Assembly: GCA_964416775.1 (NCBI GenBank)
Contig: CAYQFU010000001.1
Coordinates: forward strand, 22,882 to 82,263
Direction of reading: 5' to 3'
From: an uncultured Ktedonobacterales bacterium
GTDB taxonomy: Bacteria > Chloroflexota > Ktedonobacteria > Ktedonobacterales > JADMIN01
Length of the DNA: 59,382 bases
Shown here: one piece after another, positions 9,213 to 19,059 of the stretch
Layout: each line of letters starts with the position of its first letter
Numbering within the stretch: position 1 is the first letter of the stretch
Notes under the pieces: generated by a model
The model's database searches: none
What the model was told of the DNA's origin: nothing
What the model saw: only the letters and a program-made list of their open reading frames with translations
Made by a program: the position numbers and the translations under genes

Positions 9213-10379
9213 ATGTCATTCATTCCGTCTCTCACCCTGGGTGATCTCTTCAGCACGCTGCACGAGTGGGCGCAGTACTCGCAGGCGTTCGCCGGCATCC
9301 TCACCGGCCTGATCGCGGTGCTGGGCGTGCCGCTGGCGCTGCGCCAGGTGATCAACTTGCAGCGGGAGCTGCGCCGCTACGAAGAGGAGCGGGGGCGCCG
9401 GCTGGACGCGGAGGCGAACATCACGCTCACGGCGCACTACTCGCTGACGCGTCCGAGTCCAGCCGATCACGTCGAGCATGCGCCCCAGCCACGGCCCAAG
9501 GATGGGCAACAGGGCGCTGTGCCCGCGCACCCACCAGAGCCGGCCGCCCAGCCCGGCAAACGCGTGCTGCGGCTGGACCTGACGCTGGAGAACGTGGGTG
9601 AGGGGGCCGTGGACGTCCTTGCCTGTCTGGTGGCCGCGCGGGAGATGGAGCACCAGGGCGAAGACGTAGTGGCTGAGGGACGCGACGCGCAGTGGGACGA
9701 CCTCACGCGCCACTACTGGAATGAGGGCAATGGGAGTATCGCGCCTGGGCTCTCCACTACCAAGCACACGGTGTACGCGCCGGATGCGCTGGCGCGCATC
9801 AAGGCGCGCAGCAGGAAGACGCTGGCGCGCGTGGATCAGGTGCGCGACTTTGAGACGGAAATCTACCTGCTCTACCGGGTCTTCGTGGCGGCGCGGCGGT
9901 CGTCGCGCAGCGTGACCGAACTGGAGAGCTGGACGGCGCTGCAGCGCGCGCTGCTCAACGTCAACGCGCCGGCCTTCCGCGAGGCCACCACTGAAGAAGA
10001 TCCGCTGGGGCTCGTAGCGAGCCCAGACGGATGGCGGCTGTTCCTGCATCACTACGAGCGCCTGGCTGACCCGAAGCTGGCTGTGCTGCGCGCGCAAGCC
10101 GATCGGGAGCAGCGTGCGATCCACGATCCCGACGAGTATGAACGGACGCGGGTGCGGCTGGATACAGAGTTGCAGGAGTACTGTCAGCGCAACCTGGTGC
10201 CAGCCTGGAAGGCCTATCGTGCGGATCTGGAGCGCATGGGCCGTGATGCGCGCGGATTCGCGGCGTTGTTGAACAACAAGAGCTTCCGGCAGCGGCAGCG
10301 TGAGATCGAGCGCCGCTTCCCCTGGCTCGATCAAGAAGTGTGGGTGGAATACTTCTATGTGACACTGGAGGCCGAGTGA
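9213..10379 (+). CDS. hypothetical N-terminally anchored membrane protein with charged helical regions
   Basis: ATG at 9213 (the ORF opens at GTG 9180), GGAG 9 nt upstream. TM 'FAGILTGLIAVLGVPLAL' followed by Arg/Glu-rich helices. High GC3 in this frame. The antisense ORF 9216..10334 has R/Q/L/H-rich junk composition. Confidence 0.6.
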   Translation: MSFIPSLTLGDLFSTLHEWAQYSQAFAGILTGLIAVLGVPLALRQVINLQRELRRYEEERGRRLDAEANITLTAHYSLTRPSPADHVEHAPQPRPKDGQQGAVPAHPPEPAAQPGKRVLRLDLTLENVGEGAVDVLACLVAAREMEHQGEDVVAEGRDAQWDDLTRHYWNEGNGSIAPGLSTTKHTVYAPDALARIKARSRKTLARVDQVRDFETEIYLLYRVFVAARRSSRSVTELESWTALQRALLNVNAPAFREATTEEDPLGLVASPDGWRLFLHHYERLADPKLAVLRAQADREQRAIHDPDEYERTRVRLDTELQEYCQRNLVPAWKAYRADLERMGRDARGFAALLNNKSFRQRQREIERRFPWLDQEVWVEYFYVTLEAE

Positions 10380-11245
10380 GCGAAAGCCCAGGTGGCGGCA
10401 TCGCGGAGCGGGCAGTGGTGGTCCGCGGGCTGCGCCTGGCTACGGCCGTCAACACGGTGCCACGGGAGCATTTGCGTCGTCTGCCGCTGGTGGTCTTGCC
10501 GGCGGCGAATTGTACGTGGCGCGACTACTTGCCCATCCTGGAGCGATTCGCGCCCGAGCGGCGGGTGCTCGCGCTGGATTGGCCGGGATTCGGCGCCTCC
10601 GACCGGCCGGCGCCGGGCGAGTTCGCCTACAGCGCTGAGGGATTCGCGCAGCTGCTGGGGCCATGGCTGGACGGGCTGGGCATTGGCCGAGCAGTGCTGC
10701 TCGGCAACTCAGTGGGTGGAGCGGCGGCGGTGCTGCACGCGCTGGCGCGACCGGAGCGCGTGGCAGGGCTGGCGCTGGTGTCGCCAGGCGGCTTCACGCC
10801 GGCGAGTCCGGCGCGTGCGGTTGCCTGTCGCGCCTTGGGCACGCCGTGGATCCTCGCGCGCGTCGAGCCCTGGCTGACCTCGCTCTCGCTGGGGCCAGCG
10901 AATCCGGCGACGCGCGCCATCGTGGCAGCGCACCGTGCCCAGCGCGGCACTTCGAGATACCGGGCGAGCATCGCGGCATATGCGGCGCTCTGGCGCAGCT
11001 TCGACGCGCCGGCGGCGGACCTGGCGCCGCAAGCGCGCGCCGTGCGGGCGCGCGCGATCGTGATGCGCGGCGCGCTGGATCCGATCATCTCGGCCGCGGA
11101 CGCGCGGCGAGCGGCGCAGTCGCTCGGCGAGCAAGGGGTATTCGAAGTCGTGCTGCCTGATGCTGGGCACCTGCCGTTCTTGCAGCAGCCGGGTCCGTTC
11201 GTCAGCGCGGTGCGGGGGGTGCTGGAAACGATCGAGTCAGGATAG
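10376..11245 (+). CDS. alpha/beta-fold hydrolase
   Basis: GTG at 10376 overlaps the TGA of the preceding gene (GTGA coupling). 'LVVLPAANCTWRDY', 'GNSVGGAAA' nucleophile elbow (G-x-S-x-G), C-terminal 'DAGHLPFLQQP'. Confidence 0.8.
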   Translation: MSESPGGGIAERAVVVRGLRLATAVNTVPREHLRRLPLVVLPAANCTWRDYLPILERFAPERRVLALDWPGFGASDRPAPGEFAYSAEGFAQLLGPWLDGLGIGRAVLLGNSVGGAAAVLHALARPERVAGLALVSPGGFTPASPARAVACRALGTPWILARVEPWLTSLSLGPANPATRAIVAAHRAQRGTSRYRASIAAYAALWRSFDAPAADLAPQARAVRARAIVMRGALDPIISAADARRAAQSLGEQGVFEVVLPDAGHLPFLQQPGPFVSAVRGVLETIESG

Positions 11246-11422
11246 GGCCCACCCTCCGCTGAACCATATGACCGTTGTCTGAGCAGTCTCGGACGAGGAT
11301 GCGCAGAAACGTCGAGTACTCAGCCCACGCGGGAGTGGCCGGGTTGTCGAGGATGGTGCTATGGTGACGATCTGAGTGTTCGGTGGGCGTGACGCAAGAC
11401 GCTTGAAGGAGGACAGTGTCCG

Positions 11423-11944
11423 ATGGATGATGTGATCGCGGCCGTGCGGGATGTGCTCTCGACGACGCCGGCGCGCTGGCAGACGCTGGTGGGGACGCTT
11501 CCGGCCGAGCTGCTGACGAGGCCGCCTGCCGCGGGCGAATGGTCGGCGGTGGAGTGTCTGCGCCATTTGCTGGATACTGAGGCGTACGTCTTCCCCGTGC
11601 GGGTGCAGGCGTTTCTGCAGGGACGAGATCTCGTGGCTTTCGATCCAGACACGCAGGGGACGCGGGATGGGGAACAATCGCTGGTGCAGATGGTGGCTGA
11701 GCTGGCGCACAGGCGCACAGCCAGCCTGGCGGTGCTGACGGAGCTTACCGCCGACGATCTGGCTCGCACAGCGCAGCACAGTGAGCTGGGCGCGGTGACG
11801 CTGGGTCAGATGCTGAACGAATGGGCGGCGCACGACTTGATGCACACAGTGCAGGCCGAGCGCGCGCTGATGCAGCCATTCATCACGGCGTGTGGGCCGT
11901 GGCGCGACAACTTCACCGACCATGACGTGGCGGCGAAGGGATAA
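11423..11944 (+). CDS. DinB-family (four-helix-bundle metal-binding) protein
   Basis: 173 aa with SD AAGGAGGA. 'EWSAVECLRHLLDTE' and 'NEWAAHDLMHTVQ' His-containing helices typical of DinB_2. Confidence 0.75.
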   Translation: MDDVIAAVRDVLSTTPARWQTLVGTLPAELLTRPPAAGEWSAVECLRHLLDTEAYVFPVRVQAFLQGRDLVAFDPDTQGTRDGEQSLVQMVAELAHRRTASLAVLTELTADDLARTAQHSELGAVTLGQMLNEWAAHDLMHTVQAERALMQPFITACGPWRDNFTDHDVAAKG

Positions 11945-11966
11945 CTGGACCGGAGGGCATCGAGCC

Positions 11967-13250
11967 ATGCGGGTGCTGGTGATCGGGTCAGGCGCGCGCG
12001 AACACGCGCTGTGCTGGGCGCTCAGCCGCTCGCCGCGCCTGAGCGCGCTCTTCTGCGCGCCCGGCAATGGCGGCACGGCCGCGGTGGCGGAGAACGTCGC
12101 GCTCGATCCGGCGGATGCGGCCGGCTGCGCTGAGTGGGCGGAGCGCCATGGCATCGAGCTGACGGTGGTGGGGCCGGAGGATCCACTGGCGGCGGGACTG
12201 GCCGACACGTTCACCGCCCGCGGCCTACGGGTGTTCGGACCGAGCGCGGCCGCGGCGCGCATCGAAAGCAGCAAGAGCTGGGCGAAGGAGCTGATGCTGC
12301 GGGCAGGGGTACCCACCGCGCGGGCGCGGCGCTGTGGCAGCCGCGCGGAGGCGGAGGCGTATTTGGAGGAGCTGGAAGCGCGCGTCGGAACGTATCCTGT
12401 CGTCATCAAGGCAGATGGGCTGGCGGCGGGTAAGGGAGTGGTGGTGGCGGGTGATGCCGGTGAGGCACGGGCGGCGCTAGACGACTTCATGGTGGCGGGG
12501 CAGCTGGGCGCGGCCGGCAGCACGGTGCTGATCGAGGAGTTCCTGCGCGGGACGGAGATGTCGCTGTTCGCGCTGACGGATGGCGAGGTGGTGGTGCCGC
12601 TGGTGCCGGCCTGTGACTACAAGCGGCTAGGCGACGGGGATACCGGGCCGAATACAGGAGGGATGGGGGCGTATGCGCCCCCAGGGTTCGCGACGGCGGC
12701 GCTGCTGGCGCAGGTGGAGCGCGAGGTGTTGCGGCCGACGGTGGCGGCGATGGCGCGCGAAGGGTGTCCCTTTCGGGGCCTGCTCTACGCGGGGCTGATG
12801 GTGACGGACGAAGGGCCGAAGGTCGTGGAGTTCAACTGCCGCTTCGGAGACCCCGAGACGCAGGTGGTGCTGCCACTGCTGGAGAGCGATCTGGTGGAGC
12901 TGCTGCTGGCGGTGGCCGAGGGCCGACTGGGCAGTGTAGCGCTGCCGCGCTGGCGACCGGGCGCGGGCGTGGGCGTGGTGGCGGCGGCGGCCGGATATCC
13001 AGGGGCGTACGCGAAGGGGCTGCCCATCACGGGGCTGGAGACGCTCGATCCTGACGTGCTGGTGTTTCACGCGGGCACAAAGCGGGACGCCGATGGACGG
13101 CTGGAGACGGCGGGCGGTCGCGTGTTGACGGTGGTGGCGCTGGGCGCAACGCTGGCGGACGCTCGTGGACGTGTCTATGCGAACATGCCGCGTGTACGCT
13201 TCGAGGGAGTTCAGTGGCGTAGCGACATTGCGGCGCGCGAAGTTGAATGA
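11967..13250 (+). CDS. purD: phosphoribosylamine--glycine ligase
   Basis: 'MRVLVIGSGAREHALCWAL', 'PVVIKADGLAAGKGV', 'GPNTGGMGAY', 'VVEFNCRFGDPETQ'. ATG at 11967 has GGAGGG upstream; the ORF-track start at 11892 overlaps dinB-like gene. Confidence 0.95.
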   Translation: MRVLVIGSGAREHALCWALSRSPRLSALFCAPGNGGTAAVAENVALDPADAAGCAEWAERHGIELTVVGPEDPLAAGLADTFTARGLRVFGPSAAAARIESSKSWAKELMLRAGVPTARARRCGSRAEAEAYLEELEARVGTYPVVIKADGLAAGKGVVVAGDAGEARAALDDFMVAGQLGAAGSTVLIEEFLRGTEMSLFALTDGEVVVPLVPACDYKRLGDGDTGPNTGGMGAYAPPGFATAALLAQVEREVLRPTVAAMAREGCPFRGLLYAGLMVTDEGPKVVEFNCRFGDPETQVVLPLLESDLVELLLAVAEGRLGSVALPRWRPGAGVGVVAAAAGYPGAYAKGLPITGLETLDPDVLVFHAGTKRDADGRLETAGGRVLTVVALGATLADARGRVYANMPRVRFEGVQWRSDIAAREVE

Positions 13251-13363
13251 GCCCGGCCGTGCAGGTGCATGTGGCCAAACAGTGGTGCGAGCTTGGACGG
13301 TGATCTGATCTCTGATCGTCGTTTCGAGCGTCTTGTTCGATCATCCGCAACAGGAGACTTCCC

Positions 13364-13777
13364 ATGCTCGATCTTACACAGGAACACGACGCCCACATCG
13401 ACCAGCGGCTGCGCCACGAGCCGATCATGTGGCTGAGCACCGTCCGGCCCGACGGCATGCCTCATCTGGTGCCGGTATGGTTCCTGTGGAATGGCCGCAC
13501 GATCTTGTTCTTCAGCCAGCCCAATCAGAAGGCCCGCAACCTGCGGCACAATCCCCACGTCGTGATGGCGCTGGAAGCCGCCGACGACGGAGACGACGTG
13601 GTGCGCATCGAGGGGGTGGCTGAGCTGCTCGCCGGCGAGGACACGCCGACTCCCGCGCTGCCCGCCTACGCCGAGAAGTACGCCGAGCTCCTGGCAAGCA
13701 TGAACACAACCGCCCGCGACATGGCGGCGAGCTATACACAGGCTATTCGCGTCACGCCGAGCCGCTTCCTGGAGTGA
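13364..13777 (+). CDS. pyridoxamine-5'-phosphate-oxidase-fold protein (PPOX class, possibly F420-dependent)
   Basis: 137 aa. 'IMWLSTVRPDGMPHLVPVWFLWNGRTILFFSQPNQKARNLRHNP' matches the split-barrel PPOX pattern. Confidence 0.75.
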   Translation: MLDLTQEHDAHIDQRLRHEPIMWLSTVRPDGMPHLVPVWFLWNGRTILFFSQPNQKARNLRHNPHVVMALEAADDGDDVVRIEGVAELLAGEDTPTPALPAYAEKYAELLASMNTTARDMAASYTQAIRVTPSRFLE

Positions 13778-14615
13778 GGCGTAGGCCCCGTTGTGGCGGC
13801 TGAGAAGAGTCCGCGCAGACAGGCCGCACGGGGAGCCGGTCGGCCAGGCGGGTACGCAGCCATGCGTCCGCGAGGAGGAGCATCTCACCCTGCTGTGAGT
13901 CGCCCGCGAGCAGGGCGTAGGGGCTGCCGCTCAGGACGTGTGCGCCAAGCACAGCGCCCAGCGCTGCCTCGTACGTGTCTACCAGGTAATCCTCGGCACG
14001 ACCGCGCACCTCGGCCGGGGGCGGCAGGCCCGCCCAATCGAGGCCGAGGGCAGGGTGAACCAGCAGCGCATGGAGATAGTGGATCGCCTCCCATCTCCGC
14101 TGGGCATTCGGCTCGCGCCGCTTGTAGCGCGGCGAGCGCTGCGTGGTGAAGTGGGGCGCGAGCCATGACCGCTCGCCCGGCGCGACGAGCGTCCGCAGCA
14201 GGTCGCGGCTTTCGAGATACGCCAGCACCCGGTAGACGGCGTAGGGATACATTTCGCGCACGTCGAGTGCGATGAGTTGGGAGGCATGCGCGGCGAGCAA
14301 CGCATCGCGCAGGCGGGGACCGCGCTCGCCCGCGGCCGCGGCTGGAAGCGCGGCGATGCCGGCGTGCGCGAGCGCCCTGTCCAGCGGTCGGGTCGCGCGG
14401 CCCTGGAGATGGTGCATCCCCTCGATGGGCACATCCAGCAGCACGAGCACCGAGGCCGACGGGGGCAGCCGGTCCAGTGTCGCGTGGATCATGGCATCCG
14501 AATGGTCGCCAGGCATGATGGCGACGCGGCCGCCCGGGCGACAAAGGGCGACGGCGACGCGATGGTTGGCCACGTTCCAGCCGAGATCGGCCGCCAGCAC
14601 ATGGGTGTATGGCAA
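13752..14615 (-). CDS. hypothetical protein, DUF429-like (RNase-H-like fold) by weak pattern
   Basis: ORF 13752..14828. Proposed TTG start at 14615 lies 7 nt after GGGAGG, giving 'PYTHVLAADLGW...'. The 3' end overlaps the convergent PPOX gene by 26 nt. The family call is tentative. Confidence 0.45.
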   Translation of the reverse strand: MPYTHVLAADLGWNVANHRVAVALCRPGGRVAIMPGDHSDAMIHATLDRLPPSASVLVLLDVPIEGMHHLQGRATRPLDRALAHAGIAALPAAAAGERGPRLRDALLAAHASQLIALDVREMYPYAVYRVLAYLESRDLLRTLVAPGERSWLAPHFTTQRSPRYKRREPNAQRRWEAIHYLHALLVHPALGLDWAGLPPPAEVRGRAEDYLVDTYEAALGAVLGAHVLSGSPYALLAGDSQQGEMLLLADAWLRTRLADRLPVRPVCADSSQPPQRGLRLTPGSGSA

Positions 14616-14843
14616 ACTATCCACCTCCCTGGTTACCGCTGGACTCGCCGAACCGACATGCCCATAGCGTTGGGCTGCACCGCGTGCGGTGTGGTATGCT
14701 CGGTAAGATCGGTGCAATGGCGCTCGATTCCGCGGCGGCCGGCGACGATGGTCGCGGACCGATCGCTGCCCGCCGCGCCATGCCCGATCGAGAGAGACCG
14801 AGACAGCGCAGTCGCGCTCATTCCGCACCCGAGGCGAGCCGAT

Positions 14844-15347
14844 ATGATCGCAGGAGCCAAGTGGGGGGCCATCGTCGGCGCCCTCGTGTACATTGTCTTG
14901 CTAGGCGTCAATAGCGTGGGCAATCTGCTGTTCGCCGGGATGTCAGGCAGCGTGATGGAGCACCCGACACTGCTCATCCCCGTCTGCCTGAGCTTTTTCC
15001 TGCTGCTCTTCGCCTTCTCCACCGCCGGCTTCTACGCGGGACGCGAGACGGGCAAGGCGAGTCTGGGGGCGATAGCCGGGATGGTCACGTTGATCGTCCA
15101 ATACCTGCTGTCGCTGATCTATAATCCCGCCGGCGGCGGGACCAGCGCAGCCGCGCCCGCCAGCGGGCACTCCACGCTGAGCCTCGGCGCGCAGCTGCTG
15201 GCGGCGGCCGTCGCGCCGCTGCTCTTCCTCGGTGTGGCCGCTTCGATGGGTTGGCTGGGCGGGCGTCCCGGCGCGCAGCAGTACGCGCGGCGGCACCAGG
15301 CGGCCAAGACGGAGCCGGCGCCGGTCAATACGCAGCCGCCTGCATAG
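14844..15347 (+). CDS. hypothetical multi-pass membrane protein
   Basis: In-frame ATG inside ORF 14277..15347. 'MIAGAKWGAIVGALVYIVLLGV...' gives four hydrophobic helices. The upstream part of the ORF is antisense to the previous gene. Confidence 0.55.
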   Translation: MIAGAKWGAIVGALVYIVLLGVNSVGNLLFAGMSGSVMEHPTLLIPVCLSFFLLLFAFSTAGFYAGRETGKASLGAIAGMVTLIVQYLLSLIYNPAGGGTSAAAPASGHSTLSLGAQLLAAAVAPLLFLGVAASMGWLGGRPGAQQYARRHQAAKTEPAPVNTQPPA

Positions 15348-15419
15348 CCGGAATGCGGGGCCTGGCTCCGGTGTGAACCCGAGACACGAGTGTGCTCGCG
15401 CGACGAGGGCGGGAGGCGC

Positions 15420-16403
15420 TTATGCGCCGCCGGGCACGCGGTCTTCCTGGCCGATGATGCCGGCAAATGCAGGCACCACGTCCGCGTCAGCGCGCACGAC
15501 CAGCTCATTCTCAACGCGCGCGACGCCCGGCACGGCCTCGGCCACTTGCGTGGCCGTCGAGCGGGCCTCTGGCGTGCTGACCACGCCAGCCAGCCGTACA
15601 ACGCCGAGGGTGGGATAAACGCCAATGTGTTGCCGCTGCGTGCGCGGATCGTGCGCCAGTGCCGCGGCTACGGCGGCCGCCAGGTCAGTGTCGTTGATCA
15701 GCTCGTTGTGCAGCGCGGCGATGCCCTCAATGCCCACGAGCTGGTCTTCCGCGAGGCGGCTGTTGAGGTCGCTGGACACATGCCCGCGCAGCCAAACCTC
15801 GCCATCCATGGCGCGCGCCTCGATACCGCGCAGATCAACGCGCAGGCGCGGATAGTTATACAGCGCGTCGGCCACCTCTCGCATCAGTTCGCCGTCGGGT
15901 CGATAGACGATCTGCCGCTTCGCCTGTGTCTCGTCGAGCTGCAGCGCGATATGCTTGGTGTCCAGTCGGGTGGTCGCGTCCACGGGCACAAGCACTTCGT
16001 CTCGGCCCAGCCCGCGATTCACCACCAGCCGCCGGATGGCGAGCGTGGCGTGGGTCACGCTGACCTGGACGAGATGGCCGAGGCGCTTGCCGTTGATGTC
16101 CACCGTGGTGGAGTCGCTCAAGCGGGCCGAGCCAGCCGGCACGGTTTGCGCTTTCTGCGCCAACTCTTCGCGGGCAATGGTCAACTCAACGCTTTCCGTG
16201 CGCGCATCCTTGACCAGCTCGACGGGGATGCTATAGGAGTCGCCGAAGAAGCGCGCTGTCTTGACGCCCACATGGGTGACGGTGCGCGTGTCGGGATCCG
16301 CGATCACATGGTTCACCACACCGGACGCTCCATCATTCGCCACAACTGGTGCGCCAAAGCGAAACTTGATGATCTCCGTGAGCTCCGTCGCTGCCATCGC
16401 CAT
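15420..16403 (-). CDS. PRC-barrel / BON-domain protein
   Basis: 327 aa. Two PRC-barrel-like segments ('GVVNHVIADPDTRTVTHVGV', 'GHLVQVSVTHATLAIRRLVV') followed by two BON-like segments ('GEVWLRGHVSSDLNSRLAEDQLVGIEGIAALHNEL', 'GVVRLAGVVSTPEARSTATQVAEAVPGVARVENEL'). Confidence 0.8.
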   Translation of the reverse strand: MAMAATELTEIIKFRFGAPVVANDGASGVVNHVIADPDTRTVTHVGVKTARFFGDSYSIPVELVKDARTESVELTIAREELAQKAQTVPAGSARLSDSTTVDINGKRLGHLVQVSVTHATLAIRRLVVNRGLGRDEVLVPVDATTRLDTKHIALQLDETQAKRQIVYRPDGELMREVADALYNYPRLRVDLRGIEARAMDGEVWLRGHVSSDLNSRLAEDQLVGIEGIAALHNELINDTDLAAAVAAALAHDPRTQRQHIGVYPTLGVVRLAGVVSTPEARSTATQVAEAVPGVARVENELVVRADADVVPAFAGIIGQEDRVPGGA

Positions 16404-16751
16404 CCCGTGCGCCTCTTCCCTTCACTCGTGCGTGTCGACCGTTCCCCTGGCTGGCGCGGCTCGATCACATCGTCGGCTGGAGCGTGCAGGGCGTCGCGAA
16501 GCCCCGCAGTGACCGCATTCTCCCAGAGTGTAGCACGGGGCACGGGGCCTCGCAAGCTTCGCGGAAACAGGTCCTGCAGCAAGCGGACAGTTCAGCGTTC
16601 AGGTGGCCTGCTGGCTGGCATGGAAGTTGCCCTCTGGACTCAAAGGACCAGGCACGGCGCCTGGCCATCAGGCCGCGGCTGTTCCGGCAGCGCTCGCCAC
16701 GGGCGTCGAGTTGCACGGCGGCGGCACTGGAAAGCGAGAAGGAGACGCAAT

Positions 16752-16994
16752 ATGGATCGAGATCGGGATCGGGATCGGGATCGCGACCGTGACGGCGATT
16801 TGGGCGCTGAGGGAACCGCCGACAAGGCCAAGGGCAAGATCAACAAGGGTCTGGGCGAGGTTGAAAAGCGGGCAGGCCGTGCTACGGGCAACGAGGACAT
16901 GGAGGAGAGCGGCCTCGAGCGCGAGGGCAAGGGCCATGTGCAGGAGGAGATGGGCAAGGCGAAAAAGGCCGTTGACGACGCTCTCAATCCGTAG
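16752..16994 (+). CDS. CsbD-family stress-response protein with N-terminal (Asp-Arg)n repeat
   Basis: 80 aa. SD GAAGGAGA lies 7 nt upstream. 'KAKGKINKGLGEVEKRAG...GKGHVQEEMGKAKKAVDD' is CsbD-like. Only the last 81 codons of ORF 15390..16994 are plausible coding sequence. Confidence 0.8.
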   Translation: MDRDRDRDRDRDRDGDLGAEGTADKAKGKINKGLGEVEKRAGRATGNEDMEESGLEREGKGHVQEEMGKAKKAVDDALNP

Positions 16995-17283
16995 CACGTC
17001 CCGTGCATGCACGTAGAGTGACGCGCCGGCGCGCGAAGCCCCACCATAGGCCTCGCGCGCCAGTCGTTTTCATACGGATAGGCGCGGGCACGGAACCCGG
17101 CGCCGAGATGAATGGGTACTCATGAGGTGGCGCCGTGGAACGGGCCAGCGCCACAGCCTGGCACGGAGGATCGAGCTAAGCACGCATTGAAGGGCAATGG
17201 GCGGCTGTGCTACCCTCTCTTACGTTGGCTGACCCCACCGCCATGCGCGGCGGGACACGTTCGGCGAGGAATAGAGGGCAGCT

Positions 17284-18048
17284 GTGACAGAGCAGCATGA
17301 CGAGGAGATCGCGCGTGAGCGGGGTGTGTCCGATGACACGGAAGAGCGGACGCGCGACGAGCTGGACCCATTTCTCAGCCTGAAGAACGGTGGCACCGAG
17401 ATCTATCTCATCCGGCACGGAGATGCGCTGCCGGACGCCGCCGAGCTGCAACCGGGCGACTACAATGCGCAGAATCTGAGTGAGCTGGGCCGGCGGCAGG
17501 CCCAGGCGCTCGCCGAGCGGCTGCGCGACACGTCCTTCGACGCGCTCTACAGCAGCCCGCTGGGCCGCGCGCGCCAGACGGCGGCGCCACTCGCCACGAT
17601 GCTCGGGCTCGACGTGGACGTGGTCCCGGACTTACGCGAGATCGGTCTCGGGCAAATCGGCCCCGCGCTGCCGGAAGGAGCCACCCCGGAGGAGGTCGCG
17701 AGCCACCTGCGCGAGCGTCTGCGGCTGATAGCGCTGCATGCCGCGACATCAGGGAACTGGACGAGCATTCCCGGCAGCGAGCCGAGCGCGGCCTTTCGCG
17801 CACGGGTGGTGCATGCCCACGATGCGCTGGCGGGGCGCCATCCGGGCCAGCGTATCGCGTGCTTCGGGCATGGTGGCTCAATCAATGTGTACCTGGCGGC
17901 GGTGCTTGGGCTCGACCGCGACTTCTTCGTGCCCCTCGCCAACACGGCGATGAGCATCGTCCGGGTCAAGGGGACACGACGGGTGGTGCTCACCATCAAC
18001 GACGTGTGCCATCTGCGCGAGGCGGGGCTGCTCAAGGACTTGCGCTGA
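17284..18048 (+). CDS. histidine phosphatase family protein (phosphoglycerate-mutase-like)
   Basis: 254 aa. 'EIYLIRHGDA' RHG catalytic motif, 'LYSSPLGRARQTA', 'FGHGGSI'. Confidence 0.85.
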   Translation: MTEQHDEEIARERGVSDDTEERTRDELDPFLSLKNGGTEIYLIRHGDALPDAAELQPGDYNAQNLSELGRRQAQALAERLRDTSFDALYSSPLGRARQTAAPLATMLGLDVDVVPDLREIGLGQIGPALPEGATPEEVASHLRERLRLIALHAATSGNWTSIPGSEPSAAFRARVVHAHDALAGRHPGQRIACFGHGGSINVYLAAVLGLDRDFFVPLANTAMSIVRVKGTRRVVLTINDVCHLREAGLLKDLR

Positions 18049-18073
18049 GCGGCGTTGCGCCCGCGACATGGGA

Positions 18074-18886
18074 TCAGCGATACCAGAAACGATCCCACAG
18101 CTCCCAGAAGTTGTCGCCGCGGGCGACGACTTTACGTGGCCCTACGATCTCGACACCCTGGCGACCATAGAACGCCGCGGCATGGTCGGGCGCGGCAAGC
18201 TCCACGGTGAAGGTGACAGGGCTGGTCGGCTTGTATGGAGCGGGCCAGTCGCGGGTAGAGAGGGCGTGGCGCACGCGCTCCTCGATGAGGGCGCAGGCAT
18301 CGGCGGAGCAGAGAGAACGAGCGGAGTAGCGGCCAAGGCCAGTCTTGACGGGGGCGGTGACGACGTTGGGGCCGAGCAGCTCCCTCACCTCGCGGCAGGT
18401 AGCCTCATCGCCGGCGACGAAGACTATCGGGGTGTCCCAGACGCCGCAAATGGCAGCCTCGATGCCGCTTTCGCCGACGAGCTGGTCGTTGATCCAGGCG
18501 TTGTACCAGGCTTCACTGGAGACCGTGTGGCACATGACACCATCCGGCGTGCCAGCCATCGCGTGCGCCCCGACGAGAAGCGCCGCGTCGCAGCCCTGCT
18601 TCAGTGGCTCGACATAGCGACACCAGGCATGGCCGAGCACGTAGCTGGCGCCGCGCTCGAGCTGCTCGGGGATGAGGCTCTTGAAACTGTAGGAGCCACC
18701 CGCGCCGTGGCAGTCGATGACGATGATGTCGTCGGCGCCCGCCGCTTTGGCGCCGCGCACGGCCGCGTTGACTTCGGCGGTCATGAGGCGGCGGCCTTCT
18801 TCGTACTGCGGCTTGCCACCGGACACCTGGTCCCAGGTCTCGATGCCGGCGATGCCTTCCATGTCCACCCAGATCATTACGCGCAT
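18074..18886 (-). CDS. M55-family D-aminopeptidase (DppA-like)
   Basis: 'MRVMIWVDMEGIAGI' N-terminus and 'IIVIDCHGAGGS'. ATG at 18886 has GGAGGG 4-5 nt upstream. Confidence 0.85.
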   Translation of the reverse strand: MRVMIWVDMEGIAGIETWDQVSGGKPQYEEGRRLMTAEVNAAVRGAKAAGADDIIVIDCHGAGGSYSFKSLIPEQLERGASYVLGHAWCRYVEPLKQGCDAALLVGAHAMAGTPDGVMCHTVSSEAWYNAWINDQLVGESGIEAAICGVWDTPIVFVAGDEATCREVRELLGPNVVTAPVKTGLGRYSARSLCSADACALIEERVRHALSTRDWPAPYKPTSPVTFTVELAAPDHAAAFYGRQGVEIVGPRKVVARGDNFWELWDRFWYR

Positions 18887-19059
18887 GCAACCCTCCGTCC
18901 AGTGAGCCGGTGTCAACGATCCACTGCCCAGCCGCCAGACACCGCCGTTTGCGTGTTAGGAGCGCCAGCGGCCATTGTGCCACACCTGGCGGCAGCCCGG
19001 CACGGCGGGCAAGGGTCGCCGATGGATGCGGGCGCAGCATACGACACACGACAAGCGAA

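Noticed and set aside
9216-10334. 372-aa minus-strand ORF opposite the hypothetical membrane protein
   Set aside because: R/Q/L/H-rich composition and no start context. The plus-strand frame has high GC3, a TM helix, and translational coupling to the next gene.
15390-16751. Upstream 454 codons of the 534-aa ORF 15390..16994
   Set aside because: They are antisense to the PRC/BON gene and then cross intergenic DNA. Only the last 81 codons (CsbD-like, with its own SD) are credible.
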